This document shows positions 8,346-19,884 of a stretch of 64,000 bases of DNA, in pieces. The DNA is from Trueperaceae bacterium (lineage in GTDB: Bacteria > Deinococcota > Deinococci > Deinococcales > Trueperaceae): positions 2,752,001 to 2,816,000 of the forward strand of contig OZ243913.1 of assembly GCA_965213705.1 (NCBI GenBank), in the 5' to 3' direction. Under the pieces are notes generated by a model. The model was given only the letters and a program-made list of their open reading frames with translations, was not told the origin of the DNA and did no database searches. Each line of letters opens with the position of its first letter. The first letter of the stretch is position 1. The translations under genes and the position numbers were made by a program.

Positions 8346-10766
8346 TCAATACGCCTCAATGTAGAGGTTGTAGCTTCCCTCCGCCGTGCCCACCCCCTCC
8401 ACGACGACGTAGTAAACCTGACCCGCCGTTAATGAGAAATAGAGGTATGAATCAGAAAAGCCATTGCAACCCCCACCATATTTACTACCAAATGCCACCT
8501 CGGTACCGTTGGCGTCCAGAAGGCGCAAGTAGGTGTCGAAGCTGGTGCAGTAACTATAGATGTAAACCCGAGACGTCCCTGCCGGAACGGTGAACTTGTA
8601 GATGTGGTCGCCCGAAGGGTTTCCGAGGTCGTTCGTGGCGCCCACCGTGGAGTTAAAGGTGTGGTAGTCGTAACCGTAATTAGACCAGTTGACAACAAAG
8701 TCCTCCACAACCACCCCGACGGTCACCATGAAACTCTGCATGACGGTCGCGGTGCCGTCGGTGAGGCTCAGCACCACCTCGTAGTCGCCCGCGTCGGCGG
8801 GGGTGCCGCTCAAGGTGGCGCTGCCGTTGCCGTTGCCCGTCAGCGTGAGCCAGGCGGGTTTGGTCGTGGCGACAAGGGTGAGGGTGTCGCCCGTGTCCGG
8901 GTCGGTGGCGGTCACGCCGTAGCTGTAGGCTGCGTCTTTACGACCCGTCGTGACCGGCGTGCTCGTGAAAGCGGGGGCGTCGTTCACCGGCGTGACGGTA
9001 ATGTTCACTGTAACCGTCGCCGAATCCAGGGAGTTGTCGCTGACCCTGAAAGTAAAGCTGTCTGAACCGTTGAAGTCCTTGTTTGGGGTGTAGGTCAGGT
9101 TCGGCGCGGTGCCGGAGAGAGTGCCGTGGACGGGCTGCGTCACGACCGCGTAGGCCAGGGTGTCGCCGTCGACGTCGGCCCCCGTGAGCGTGACGTTGAG
9201 GGCCGTGTCTTCGGCCATCGTTAGGGTTTGGGCGTTGGCTGTCGGCGTGTCGTTGACGCTCTCGACAATCACGTTCACCGTGACCGTGTCGGTCAGCGTG
9301 CCGTCGGACACCGAAACCTTGAAACTGTCGCTGCCAAAGAAGTTCGCCTCGGGGCTGTAGCCGACCACGCCGTTCGTCACGCCGGCGCTGCCGTGGTCGG
9401 GGTTGCTGCTCACGCTCCAACTCAGGGTAGCGCTGTCAACATCCGAGGCGCTCAGGGTAAGGGTGAAGGGAATCGGGCTGCCGTCTTCGGACACAACGAC
9501 GGTGACAGGGTTGCTCCCGGCGATTTCAGGCGCGTCGTTCACGGCGGTTACCAGGATGATGACCGTTACTACAGCCGAGTCGTCATTGCCGTCGTTGGCT
9601 TTGAAGGTAAAGCTGTCCGAACCGTTGAAGTCCTTATTGGGCGTGTAAGTCAGGTTCGGCGCGGTGCCGCTGAGCGTGCCGTTCGTCGGGCCGGAGCCGG
9701 TGACGACGCTGTAGGTGAGCGTGTCGCCGTCGTCGTCGGCAGCGGTGAGCGTGATGGTTACGGCGGTGTCTTCGTCGGTTTGAACCGTTTGTGCTTTCGC
9801 CACGGGCGCGTCGTTCACGACGCCCAAGTTGACCGTCACCGTGGCCGGGGCGGAGGCGAGTTCGCCGTCCGAAACGACGAAAGTAAAGCTGTCCGGGCCG
9901 TTGGCGTTCGCGTTGGGGGTGTACACAACCTTACCCGTGCCCTGGTCGACGGCGCCCAAGCCGCCCTTGCTCGGCTGCCCGAGAATGATGAAGGTGAGTG
10001 CGTCGCCTTCGGGGTCGCTGCCCGTCAGGGTAATCGTAACCGGGGTGTCTTCTTCGGTACTGACTTCCTGGGCGTTGGCGACGGGGGCGGTGTTGACGGC
10101 ACTCACAGTAATGACTACCGTCGCCGCTGCCGAGGTCGCTTGGCCGTCGGACACGGTGAAGGTGAAGCTGTCCGGACCGCTGTAGTCCTTGTTCGGGGTG
10201 TAGGTCAGCTTGGGCGCAGTCCCGGAGAGGCTGCCGTGCGCGGGTTGGGTGACGACCCGGTAAGTGAGGGCGTCACCGTCCGGGTCGCTGCCGGTCAAGG
10301 TGACGGCGACGGCTTTGTTCGCTGGGGTGCTCGAGCTTTGCGCGGCGGCGCTGGGTGCGCGGTTCTTAGCCGGCATAGGCACGCTGCCTTCGGCCTCGGC
10401 GACGGCCGAAGGCTTGGTTGCGCCTTCAGCGGCGACGCCGTAGCGGTAGAGCGTGCCGGGTACGACGTTTTTGTCTTCGTACTGGGTCGTGTTTGCCGCC
10501 ACGGCTGTGAGTTTGGCGAAGCCGTCGTTTTGTTGGGCGTTCAAGCCTTGCGTGGGCATGGTTTGCTTGAAGATGACAAAGCCGGTTTCGTCGTCGCTGT
10601 TGTCTTGCCATCTCAGCGTGATTGCACCTTCGCCCGGCGTCACCGTCAAGCCGGTGGGCGCGGCGGGCGTCGCGGGCGCGTCGGGCGGGATAAAGAAGTC
10701 CCGGTCGCAAGCTGATAAAAGTAGAGCGAGAAACAAAACTGACAGACAGGTGAGCTTGTGGCGCAT
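8346..10766 (-). CDS. Surface lipoprotein with FN3, tandem Ig-like/cadherin-like (about 90-95 aa) repeats and a C-terminal PPC-like domain
   Basis: Start set at ATG 10766 (RBS GGAGG); lipobox LLSAC; repeats VNDAPVA...GTLSGTAPNLTYTPNKDFNGSDSFTF; C-terminal DTYLRLLDANGTEVA. Confidence 0.85.
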   Translation of the reverse strand: MRHKLTCLSVLFLALLLSACDRDFFIPPDAPATPAAPTGLTVTPGEGAITLRWQDNSDDETGFVIFKQTMPTQGLNAQQNDGFAKLTAVAANTTQYEDKNVVPGTLYRYGVAAEGATKPSAVAEAEGSVPMPAKNRAPSAAAQSSSTPANKAVAVTLTGSDPDGDALTYRVVTQPAHGSLSGTAPKLTYTPNKDYSGPDSFTFTVSDGQATSAAATVVITVSAVNTAPVANAQEVSTEEDTPVTITLTGSDPEGDALTFIILGQPSKGGLGAVDQGTGKVVYTPNANANGPDSFTFVVSDGELASAPATVTVNLGVVNDAPVAKAQTVQTDEDTAVTITLTAADDDGDTLTYSVVTGSGPTNGTLSGTAPNLTYTPNKDFNGSDSFTFKANDGNDDSAVVTVIILVTAVNDAPEIAGSNPVTVVVSEDGSPIPFTLTLSASDVDSATLSWSVSSNPDHGSAGVTNGVVGYSPEANFFGSDSFKVSVSDGTLTDTVTVNVIVESVNDTPTANAQTLTMAEDTALNVTLTGADVDGDTLAYAVVTQPVHGTLSGTAPNLTYTPNKDFNGSDSFTFRVSDNSLDSATVTVNITVTPVNDAPAFTSTPVTTGRKDAAYSYGVTATDPDTGDTLTLVATTKPAWLTLTGNGNGSATLSGTPADAGDYEVVLSLTDGTATVMQSFMVTVGVVVEDFVVNWSNYGYDYHTFNSTVGATNDLGNPSGDHIYKFTVPAGTSRVYIYSYCTSFDTYLRLLDANGTEVAFGSKYGGGCNGFSDSYLYFSLTAGQVYYVVVEGVGTAEGSYNLYIEAY

Positions 10767-11030
10767 GAAACAAACCTCCGGTAAAGATTTTCCAGCTCGT
10801 TCGCCCCTCGTCCGAGACAACAGCAACTCGGCTCGAGCCGTAGAGCTAACGTAGACAGAAAACTCGGCGGCTGGCGCGCAGAAGTTCACGTTGAACCGTA
10901 GAGTGTCGTTGTTTTCACAGGACGACCGACCCGTTTCCGTACGGTGTTCGGTTTTTAACTTGCGGCTTTTGGTTGGCAGCACGTTTCTTTTGTTACGGTT
11001 GTGACGCGAGGGGCGGCGTAAACTTTACCC

Positions 11031-12323
11031 ATGAAGCGCGCTTCCGTTTTGGTGACCTGGCTCGTCCTGGCGAGTTTGCTGTTCGGCCACGCCCGCGCCG
11101 ACGAACTGTGGCAGAGTGAGCTGGGCCGCGAGCGCGTGTTCAACGCGTTGGTGGGGACCTTCAAAGACAATTACTGGAACCCAGGCTACACCGACTGGGA
11201 CGCCTGGGCGGCGACGTACCACGACGCGGCGGTCGGCTCGGCGACGCGCGCCGACTTCGAGAGCGCGCTACGCCGCATGGTCAACGACTTGGGCGACGAC
11301 CACTCCCGCTTTGTCGGGGCACCGCTGAGCACGCTGCAGCCGGACGCCTCACCTGCGGGCGAGCCGGGGTTGGGGTTTCGCCACGGCTTTTTGGCCGGCA
11401 CGGGCCTGGTTGTCGAGCGGGTCTTTCCCGGTACGCCGGCGGCGACGGCGGGCCTGCGGCGCGGCGACGTGGTGGTGCGTATCGACGGCCAGGACGTGCG
11501 CGACACGGCGCTAAGTGCCGGGAACATCCTGCGCGCCGCGCTCGGCGCGGACGACGTACAGCTCGGCGTGCGCCGCAAAACCCAGTTTTTGACGCTGCAA
11601 GTCGCGCCCGCGCCGATTGTGTTCGAGCGAGTGCAAGACCAACCGCAGGCCGAGATGTTGGACGCCACGACCGGCTACCTTTACTTGCCGAGTTTTAAGA
11701 GCGAGACGACGGCCGAAGAGGTTCACCGCCTGCTCGCCGACCTCACCGAACAGGGTGCCACCTCGCTGGTCCTCGACCTGCGCGACAACTACGGGGGCCG
11801 TCTGGGCGAACTCGGCAAGGTGCTGGGCGCGTTTATCGAGGGGCCCTGGGCCGAGGCCGTCAGCCACGACGCGGTCGTTTGGCGCTCGAGCTACCGGCTC
11901 GACAAGGGCAGCGGCCTCAGCATTTTGGAAACGCTCGACGGCGTTCCGGTAACGAGCGAGGCTTTGAGCGAGCCCGCGCACTTCGCGGGGCCGCTCGCCG
12001 TCGTCGTCAGCCGTTACAACAGCAGTGCGGGCGAAATCGCGCCGCTCGTTTTGCAAGCCCTGGGCCGCGCCGTCGTCGTCGGCGAACAGACCGAGGGCAA
12101 CGTCGAGGCGGTTCGCGGTTTCGACCTGCCGGGCGGCAACTTGGTCTACGTGGCCGTCGCCAACTTGCAGGGCGTCGGCGGCCTCGACTTTACGGGCGGC
12201 GTCACCCCGGAAGTCGCGGCCAGCAGCGACCTCGCCGAGTTGTCCCGCGGTTACGACGCCCCTGTCGCCGAGGCATTGCGGGCGCTCAAGGGGTTGCCCT
12301 TTACGCCGGGCAAGTTCTTTTAG
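11031..12323 (+). CDS. S41 family C-terminal processing peptidase with PDZ domain
   Basis: PDZ (PGTPAATAGLRRGD), LVLDLRDNYGG, SSAGEI. Confidence 0.9.
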   Translation: MKRASVLVTWLVLASLLFGHARADELWQSELGRERVFNALVGTFKDNYWNPGYTDWDAWAATYHDAAVGSATRADFESALRRMVNDLGDDHSRFVGAPLSTLQPDASPAGEPGLGFRHGFLAGTGLVVERVFPGTPAATAGLRRGDVVVRIDGQDVRDTALSAGNILRAALGADDVQLGVRRKTQFLTLQVAPAPIVFERVQDQPQAEMLDATTGYLYLPSFKSETTAEEVHRLLADLTEQGATSLVLDLRDNYGGRLGELGKVLGAFIEGPWAEAVSHDAVVWRSSYRLDKGSGLSILETLDGVPVTSEALSEPAHFAGPLAVVVSRYNSSAGEIAPLVLQALGRAVVVGEQTEGNVEAVRGFDLPGGNLVYVAVANLQGVGGLDFTGGVTPEVAASSDLAELSRGYDAPVAEALRALKGLPFTPGKFF

Positions 12324-12473
12324 GGCTCGAGCGCCCATGAAAGCTTCCCCAACAAAATCCCTGCCAAGAAGCGTTTACTCTCATCTCGCGAGCGTGCTAA
12401 ACTTACGTTTGCTGTTTTGAGGGTTTCGAGAAACTGTGTGCAAGACTCGGTGCCGAACGAAGCGTTGAAAGTT

Positions 12474-12550
12474 TGGTGCGCCCGACAGGATTCGAACCTG
12501 TGGCCTTTCGCTCCGGAGGCGAACGCTCTATCCGGCTGAGCTACGGGCGC
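12474..12550 (-). tRNA. tRNA-Arg(CCG)
   Basis: Reverse complement GCGCCCGTAGCTCAGCCGGATAGAGCG TTCGC-CT-CCG-GA-GCGAA...GGTTCGAATCC...GGGCGCACCA; cloverleaf with encoded CCA. Confidence 0.96.
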
Positions 12551-12657
12551 GTGAAGATTTAAGGTAGCATCTTCGGCAGGTCCGAGTCTAGCACCCCAAA
12601 ACATTTTACGACGCGAGAGCAGCCAAACCCGGCGCTCTTAGCTGGAGGGAAGTTGAC

Positions 12658-14868
12658 ATGAAGTTGACAAGACGCACCAACTCAATCATCCTGTGGGTCA
12701 TTTCTATAGGCTTGCTGGTCAGTATGGTCATCGCTTTTACCCCGTCGTTCGGCAACCTGTTCGGGGGCGCGGGCGTCGGCACCAACGTGAGCCCGACGGT
12801 TTTCGAGGTCAACGGGGAGGACGTGACCGAGCTGGACGTCGCGCGCGCCGAGCAGAACCCGCCCTTCAACCTCAACGTAGAGGGCGAGGCGGGCGACGAC
12901 CTGCGTTTGCTGTTGGTCGACAGCCTCGTCGACAACACGGTTTTGAGACAGGCGGCCTCGAAAACCCGCGTTTCGGGTGGCGAGGTCAACGCGGCCGTCA
13001 ACGACTTTCGCGAGTCGCAAAACGTGGCTGGGTCGCGCAACGACCGGGCCTACCTGACCCTTATCAACCGTTTCGGGTTTGACGACGCTTCGTTCCGCGC
13101 TTACTTCCGCGACCAACTTCGGGCGGAGAAATACCAAGAAGCGTTGACCGAAGACGTCACCGTCAGCGACGAAGAGGTTGCCGCGTTTTACGAGGCCAAC
13201 CCGCAGGCTTACCAAACCGAAGCGCGCGTCAGGGCTCGAGAAATCGTCTTGGACGACGAAGCGGTTGCCGCCGACGTGTACGCGCGCGCCGCCGCAGGCG
13301 AAGACTTCGCCGCGCTCGCCACGGAAACGTCTTTAGAGCGCGCCGACCGTGCGGGCGCACTGGGCGCGGCCGAGGGAACGACCGAACCGGAGCCCGTAGG
13401 CCGCGCCGCCCTGCCGACCCCCGTTGCCGACGCGGCCTTCGGGTTGCAAGGACCGGGTTTGACCCAGGTGATTCCTGCCGGGGACCGGTACTACGTCGTC
13501 AAGGTCGAGGACTTCGTCGCAGCCGGGACCAAACCGTTTGAGGAGGTCCGCGACCAGGTCGCGGACGACGCCCTGGCCGCCAAAAAAGCGGGCGTGCTGG
13601 AGGCCGAGTTTGAGGAGTTGCGGGCCGCCGCGAACCTTACTTTCCCTGCCGACAGCGCCTACGACTTAGAGGACACGGTGGTCGCCAGGGTCGGCGACGA
13701 GGACATCAAACGCTCCGAACTGAGCCGGGCGGTCTACCTGTCGCCCCAAATCCAGCAAAGCCTGAGCCCGCAAACCGCCGAACTCGTAACGACCCTGTTC
13801 AAACCGTCGGTGCTCGAGCAGCTTATCAACCGCGACCTCGCTTACCAGGGCGCGGACACACTGGACGCACAGTTTATCGGCAGCAAAGGCCAAGTTGCCC
13901 AAGAAGCGCTCGCTTTTGTGAGCCGCGACGCCGCCGCCAGCGACGAAGAGTTACAGACCTATTACGACGCCAACCAGGACAGTTTTACCGTGCCCGCCAG
14001 CGCCGTGGTGACCCGCACCGATTTTGCCAGCGAAACGGCCGCGAGCGACTTCCGCAACGCGCTGCTGGCCGGTGGCGACCTTCAAGACGCTGCCAACGCT
14101 GCCGGCGGCACCGTACAAGACCTGGGCACGGTGCGCCAGGGCGCACTGCAGCCCGAACTCGACAGCGTCCTGTTCGAAACCGACGCCTTCACCCCCCTGC
14201 CGAACTCGGTCGAAGCGGTGTCCGACGTCCTCGTGCTGAACGAGCCCGCCGAACCCGACCCGGTGGGCGCTGAAACGGGTGGCTCAGACACAGGTGGTGC
14301 TGAAACGGGTGGTACTGAGACGGGTGGTACTGAGACAAGTAGTGCCGACGCAAGCGTGACCACCGACGAAACTATCGACGCCGAAACAGCCGACGCCGAG
14401 GCAGCGACCGAAGCGGAGACCGGCGGGGCCACCGAGACAACGACGCAAGACGTTTACGTCGTCCTCGTCGCCGAACGCACCCCGGCGCGCGTCCGTCCCT
14501 TGAGTGAGGTGCGCGCCCAGGTCGAAAGTGCCGTGCTGCAGACCAAGCGCGCCGAACTCCAAGAGACCTGGCTGACCGGCCTGCGCGAAGAGATAGGCGT
14601 CGAAAACTTGCTTGCCGCCGCGAACCCCGGCGACGGCTTTACGACCGCGCCCCTGGACACCGGCTCGGAAACGGGGGGTGCGCCGCTGGAGGAGGCTCCT
14701 GCAGATACCGGGGCCGAACCTGCTGACCTTGAGGCAATCGACGCTGAAGGTGTCGACCCCGTCATCGACACTGTCCCTGCCGCTGAAGACGCAACGCCGG
14801 CGGACGAGACGACGGACACGCCGAGCACCGACCCGGCAACCGCCCCAACCGAGGAAACGACGCCGTAG
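12658..14868 (+). CDS. Membrane-anchored SurA/PrsA/PpiD-like peptidyl-prolyl isomerase with acidic low-complexity inserts
   Basis: N-terminal TM, SurA-N-like region, rotamase motifs (VRAREIV, GEDFAALATETS, KPFEEVRDQV), duplicated architecture. Confidence 0.85.
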   Translation: MKLTRRTNSIILWVISIGLLVSMVIAFTPSFGNLFGGAGVGTNVSPTVFEVNGEDVTELDVARAEQNPPFNLNVEGEAGDDLRLLLVDSLVDNTVLRQAASKTRVSGGEVNAAVNDFRESQNVAGSRNDRAYLTLINRFGFDDASFRAYFRDQLRAEKYQEALTEDVTVSDEEVAAFYEANPQAYQTEARVRAREIVLDDEAVAADVYARAAAGEDFAALATETSLERADRAGALGAAEGTTEPEPVGRAALPTPVADAAFGLQGPGLTQVIPAGDRYYVVKVEDFVAAGTKPFEEVRDQVADDALAAKKAGVLEAEFEELRAAANLTFPADSAYDLEDTVVARVGDEDIKRSELSRAVYLSPQIQQSLSPQTAELVTTLFKPSVLEQLINRDLAYQGADTLDAQFIGSKGQVAQEALAFVSRDAAASDEELQTYYDANQDSFTVPASAVVTRTDFASETAASDFRNALLAGGDLQDAANAAGGTVQDLGTVRQGALQPELDSVLFETDAFTPLPNSVEAVSDVLVLNEPAEPDPVGAETGGSDTGGAETGGTETGGTETSSADASVTTDETIDAETADAEAATEAETGGATETTTQDVYVVLVAERTPARVRPLSEVRAQVESAVLQTKRAELQETWLTGLREEIGVENLLAAANPGDGFTTAPLDTGSETGGAPLEEAPADTGAEPADLEAIDAEGVDPVIDTVPAAEDATPADETTDTPSTDPATAPTEETTP

Positions 14869-14886
14869 ACGCCCCCGTGTGGAGGA

Positions 14887-14922
14887 GCGCCCTCGAGTCT
14901 AAGACTCGAGGGCGCGGTTTTT
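14887..14922 (+). terminator. Rho-independent terminator built on CTCGAG
   Basis: GCGCCCTCGAGTCT-A-AGACTCGAGGGCGC followed by GGTTTTTT. Confidence 0.65.
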
Positions 14923-14977
14923 TGGCACCACCCGCTGCTCCCGGGTCCTGCCGAGAATTTCTTGTTACATTGACCCC

Positions 14978-16558
<1,581 letters not shown>

Positions 16559-16807
16559 ACTTTGCTAACACTGAACTTTGCTAAACGCTCGTTCCGAGTT
16601 TAGGGAGGCTGGACAGCAGAGGAGCAGAGGGGTGTGGGGGCAGAGGAGAATTTCACAGTCCTCCGCTCCCTGTCGCCCGAACCCTCTCCCGAGTTCGCCC
16701 ACGCGCCGGGTAGGTATACTAGGTCTACCAAAACGTTTTCGGTAACGAGGTCGGCAACCTCGTTGTGGATGTGTTGTAAACGTGTTTCTCGAGAAAAGGA
16801 GCGAGCG

Positions 16808-17695
16808 ATGGCGAAAAAGAGCAAAAAGAACGGTGACGCCACCGAAGTACCCACGGACGGCGTGCCCAAGGCAATCCGCGAACAGGTCAAAAAGGCGGGC
16901 AAAAAGGACGTCATCGACAAAACGTATCCCTATGACAAAAAGATGAAGGGCAAAGAGTACGAGGCGCAAAAAGAAAACCTGCAGATTGAACTCCTCAAGC
17001 TGCAGCGGCACGTCAACGAAACGGACATGCGCGTCGTCATGGTGTTCGAGGGGCGCGACGCGGCGGGTAAGGGCGGCACCATCAAACGGTTTATGGAGCA
17101 CCTGAACCCCCGCAGCGCGCGGGTCGTCGCGCTCGCCAAACCGACCGAAACCGAAGCGGGCCAGTGGTATTTTCAGCGCTACGTCGAGCAGTTTCCGACC
17201 GGGGGCGAACTGGTGCTGTTCGACCGCTCCTGGTACAACCGCGCCGTGGTCGAACCCGTGATGGGTTTTTGCACGCCGGAAGAGCAACAAGTTTTTTTGC
17301 GTGAAGCGCCGCAACTGGAAAACATCTGGGTCAACGACGGGCTGAAACTGTTCAAGTTTTGGTTTTCGGTGAGCCGCGCCGAGCAGTGGCGGCGCTTTAA
17401 GGCGCGCGAGGAAAGTCGCCTCAAACAGTGGAAGCTGAGCCCGGTCGACCTGGGCTCGCTCGACCGCTGGGACGCCTATACTGAGGCCAAAGAAGCGATG
17501 TTCGCCGCCACCGACACCACCACCGCGCCCTGGACGGTGGTGCGCTCGGACGACAAAAAGCGCGCTCGACTGGCTTGTATGCGCCACGTGTTGCACACGC
17601 TTGAATACCCCGACAAGGACAAAAAAGTCGTCCATCCGCCCGACGCCACGATTTTAGGGCCGAAAGAGCAAGTCTACCCGACCGACGAGTGGTGA
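16808..17695 (+). CDS. ppk2: Polyphosphate kinase 2
   Basis: FEGRDAAGKGG, FDRSWYNRA, WKLSPVD; start set at ATG 16808 after RBS AAGGAG. Confidence 0.95.
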   Translation: MAKKSKKNGDATEVPTDGVPKAIREQVKKAGKKDVIDKTYPYDKKMKGKEYEAQKENLQIELLKLQRHVNETDMRVVMVFEGRDAAGKGGTIKRFMEHLNPRSARVVALAKPTETEAGQWYFQRYVEQFPTGGELVLFDRSWYNRAVVEPVMGFCTPEEQQVFLREAPQLENIWVNDGLKLFKFWFSVSRAEQWRRFKAREESRLKQWKLSPVDLGSLDRWDAYTEAKEAMFAATDTTTAPWTVVRSDDKKRARLACMRHVLHTLEYPDKDKKVVHPPDATILGPKEQVYPTDEW

Positions 17696-18696
17696 GCCGG
17701 GACACAAAACCTGCGGCGGTTCCTGCGGCGGCGCGTATCGAAGCGGCCGCCCGCACCGTCGACCCCGTTTTTTTGAACACGCCCCAGTTCGAAACCGACG
17801 CGCTCAACGCGCAACTCGGTTTTCGGCTCGTCACCAAAGTCGAAACGCTCAACCCGATTCGCTCGTTCAAAGGGCGCGGCGCGTCGTGGCTCGTCACGGA
17901 GCGGCAAGCTCGAGCCCGGCCGCCCAAGCGGCTCGTCTGCGCCTCAGCGGGCAATTTCGGACAGGGCATGGCTTACGCCTGCCGGACGCGCGGCCTGGCT
18001 TTGACGGTGTTTGCGGCGGAAACGGCGAATCCCTTTAAGCTCGAGCGGATGAAATCTTTAGGCGCTGACCTCGTCCTCACCGGGCATGACTTCGACGCCG
18101 CCAAAAAAGCGGCGCGTGCTTACGCTCAGGACAACGACCTGGTGTTCGTCGAGGACAGCGGCGATATTGAAACGGCGGAGGGCGCGGGTACCGTGGGACT
18201 CGAGCTGGAGGCCTATCCCGACCCCTTGGACACCGTGCTCGTGCCCCTCGGCAACGGCGCGCTTCTCAACGGCGTCGGGGCCTGGTTCAAGGCGAAAGGT
18301 CCTGCCACTCACATCGTCGGCGTGGTCGCGGCGGGCGCTCCGGCGATGGACTTGTCCTGGCGCAGCGGTTCGGTTCAGACAACAGCAACGGCCGAGACCA
18401 TCGCCGACGGCATCGGTGTACGGGTGCCGGTGGCGGTGGCGCTTCAAGCAATGCAGCACACGGTTGACGATATTTTGCAAGTAGCCGATGAAACGCTTTT
18501 AGAAGCGATGCGGTTGGCGCATAGAATGCTCGGACTCGTGCTCGAGCCCGCCGGAGCCGCCGGACTGGCCGCGGCCCTCAGCTACCGCGACAGGTTTGCG
18601 GGTCAACTCGTCGCCACGCCCCTGTGCGGGGGCAATTTAACGGCGGAGCAAACTAAGCGCTGGCTTTTTGCTTCGCCCCCACAGCTTGGGGTCTGA
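17689..18696 (+). CDS. PLP-dependent threonine/serine dehydratase family protein
   Basis: KVETLNPIRSFKGRGA, SAGNFGQG, PLGNGAL, EPAGAAG. Confidence 0.9.
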   Translation: MVSRDTKPAAVPAAARIEAAARTVDPVFLNTPQFETDALNAQLGFRLVTKVETLNPIRSFKGRGASWLVTERQARARPPKRLVCASAGNFGQGMAYACRTRGLALTVFAAETANPFKLERMKSLGADLVLTGHDFDAAKKAARAYAQDNDLVFVEDSGDIETAEGAGTVGLELEAYPDPLDTVLVPLGNGALLNGVGAWFKAKGPATHIVGVVAAGAPAMDLSWRSGSVQTTATAETIADGIGVRVPVAVALQAMQHTVDDILQVADETLLEAMRLAHRMLGLVLEPAGAAGLAAALSYRDRFAGQLVATPLCGGNLTAEQTKRWLFASPPQLGV

Positions 18697-19834
18697 GCCG
18701 CGGGGCTTCTTTGACCGAAAGCGTGACCAGCAGCGCCGGGACGAGCAGCAAGCCCAACACGGAGAGCGTCGGGATGACGCCGAAGCGTTCAATCAGCGGC
18801 CCGACCGCGCCGTAGAGCAAGCCCGCGAAACCCCAGGTAAACCCCATCAACAGCCCCGACACGGTGGCGATTTGGCGCGGCTCGTGCGCTTGCGCCATCA
18901 CCACCGCGACGGGGATGCCCGCGTTCATGAGCGCGCCGGTGAGCGCCAGCAGGGGCACGTACAGCCAGGTTTCCGGCGGCACCGTGAGCAAGCCGATGTA
19001 AAGGGGAATTGCACAGATCATCGTCGAGACCAAGACGGGTTTCCGCCCGAAGCGGTCGGACAGGGTGCCGCCCAAAAACGCCCCGGCCGTCGCCGCGAAG
19101 CTGTAGACCGACAAAGCCAGCGCGATGCGCCCTTCGGACATACCGCGCTGCGCGTACCAATAAGGAATCGTCGTGGCAAAGCTCATAAACGTCACCGCGC
19201 GCAGCGTCGACATGGCCCAGAGCTTGGCGACCTCGCCACGAAAGACCCTCGCCAGGTCCCGAAACGTCGAGGGCGTAAAGTCGATGTTTGTCAGCGGCGC
19301 TTGCCGCAGCAACAAAAAAGCCGGGACGAACGCCAGCGGCACGAGCCACGCCAGTCCTTTCAAGCCTACGCTCGAGGCCACCCCTATCGAGACGATGGGC
19401 CCGAACGACAAACCCAACTGCCCCGACGAGCCGAAAAAGCTGAGCCAAAATCCTTTGCGGTGCTCGGGCGCGTACTGCCCGACGAGCGCCGCGCCCGACG
19501 CGTGGAACAGCGCCGAACCCAAACCGGCAATCCCGAGCACCAGGGCGAGCGTCCAGGGACTCGGATAAAAACCCATCAAGCCTGCGCCGAGCGCCACCAA
19601 CACCGGCCCCACCGCTGCCAACAGGCGGCGGTCGTAACGGTCGGCGATAAGTCCGGCCACGGGTTGCAGCAGACTGCTTGTCAACGAATACACCGCGACG
19701 AGTAACGACACCGCCCCGTAACTCACCCCGAACGACGCTTGCAAGCGCGGCAACAGCGGGGTCAAAAAAGAGCCGAACATGTCGTTGGTCGTGTGAAGGA
19801 GAGACAGCAGCAGCGGCAGCACGCGCTCAAGCAT
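18653..19834 (-). CDS. MFS transporter (Fsr-like)
   Basis: About 12 hydrophobic segments; HTTND, GLIADRYDRR, GTLSDRFGRK. Confidence 0.9.
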   Translation of the reverse strand: MLERVLPLLLSLLHTTNDMFGSFLTPLLPRLQASFGVSYGAVSLLVAVYSLTSSLLQPVAGLIADRYDRRLLAAVGPVLVALGAGLMGFYPSPWTLALVLGIAGLGSALFHASGAALVGQYAPEHRKGFWLSFFGSSGQLGLSFGPIVSIGVASSVGLKGLAWLVPLAFVPAFLLLRQAPLTNIDFTPSTFRDLARVFRGEVAKLWAMSTLRAVTFMSFATTIPYWYAQRGMSEGRIALALSVYSFAATAGAFLGGTLSDRFGRKPVLVSTMICAIPLYIGLLTVPPETWLYVPLLALTGALMNAGIPVAVVMAQAHEPRQIATVSGLLMGFTWGFAGLLYGAVGPLIERFGVIPTLSVLGLLLVPALLVTLSVKEAPRLRPQAVGAKQKASA

Positions 19835-19884
19835 ACGCCTTTTCGTGTCGGCTCGAGGGGGCGAGTTCGCGAGCAAAGTAAAAC

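Noticed and set aside
9228..10715. Long antisense ORFs (e.g. 495 aa here, 356 aa opposite ppk2, 369 aa opposite the DUF3048 gene)
   Set aside because: Shadow ORFs expected from high-GC codon bias opposite well-supported genes.
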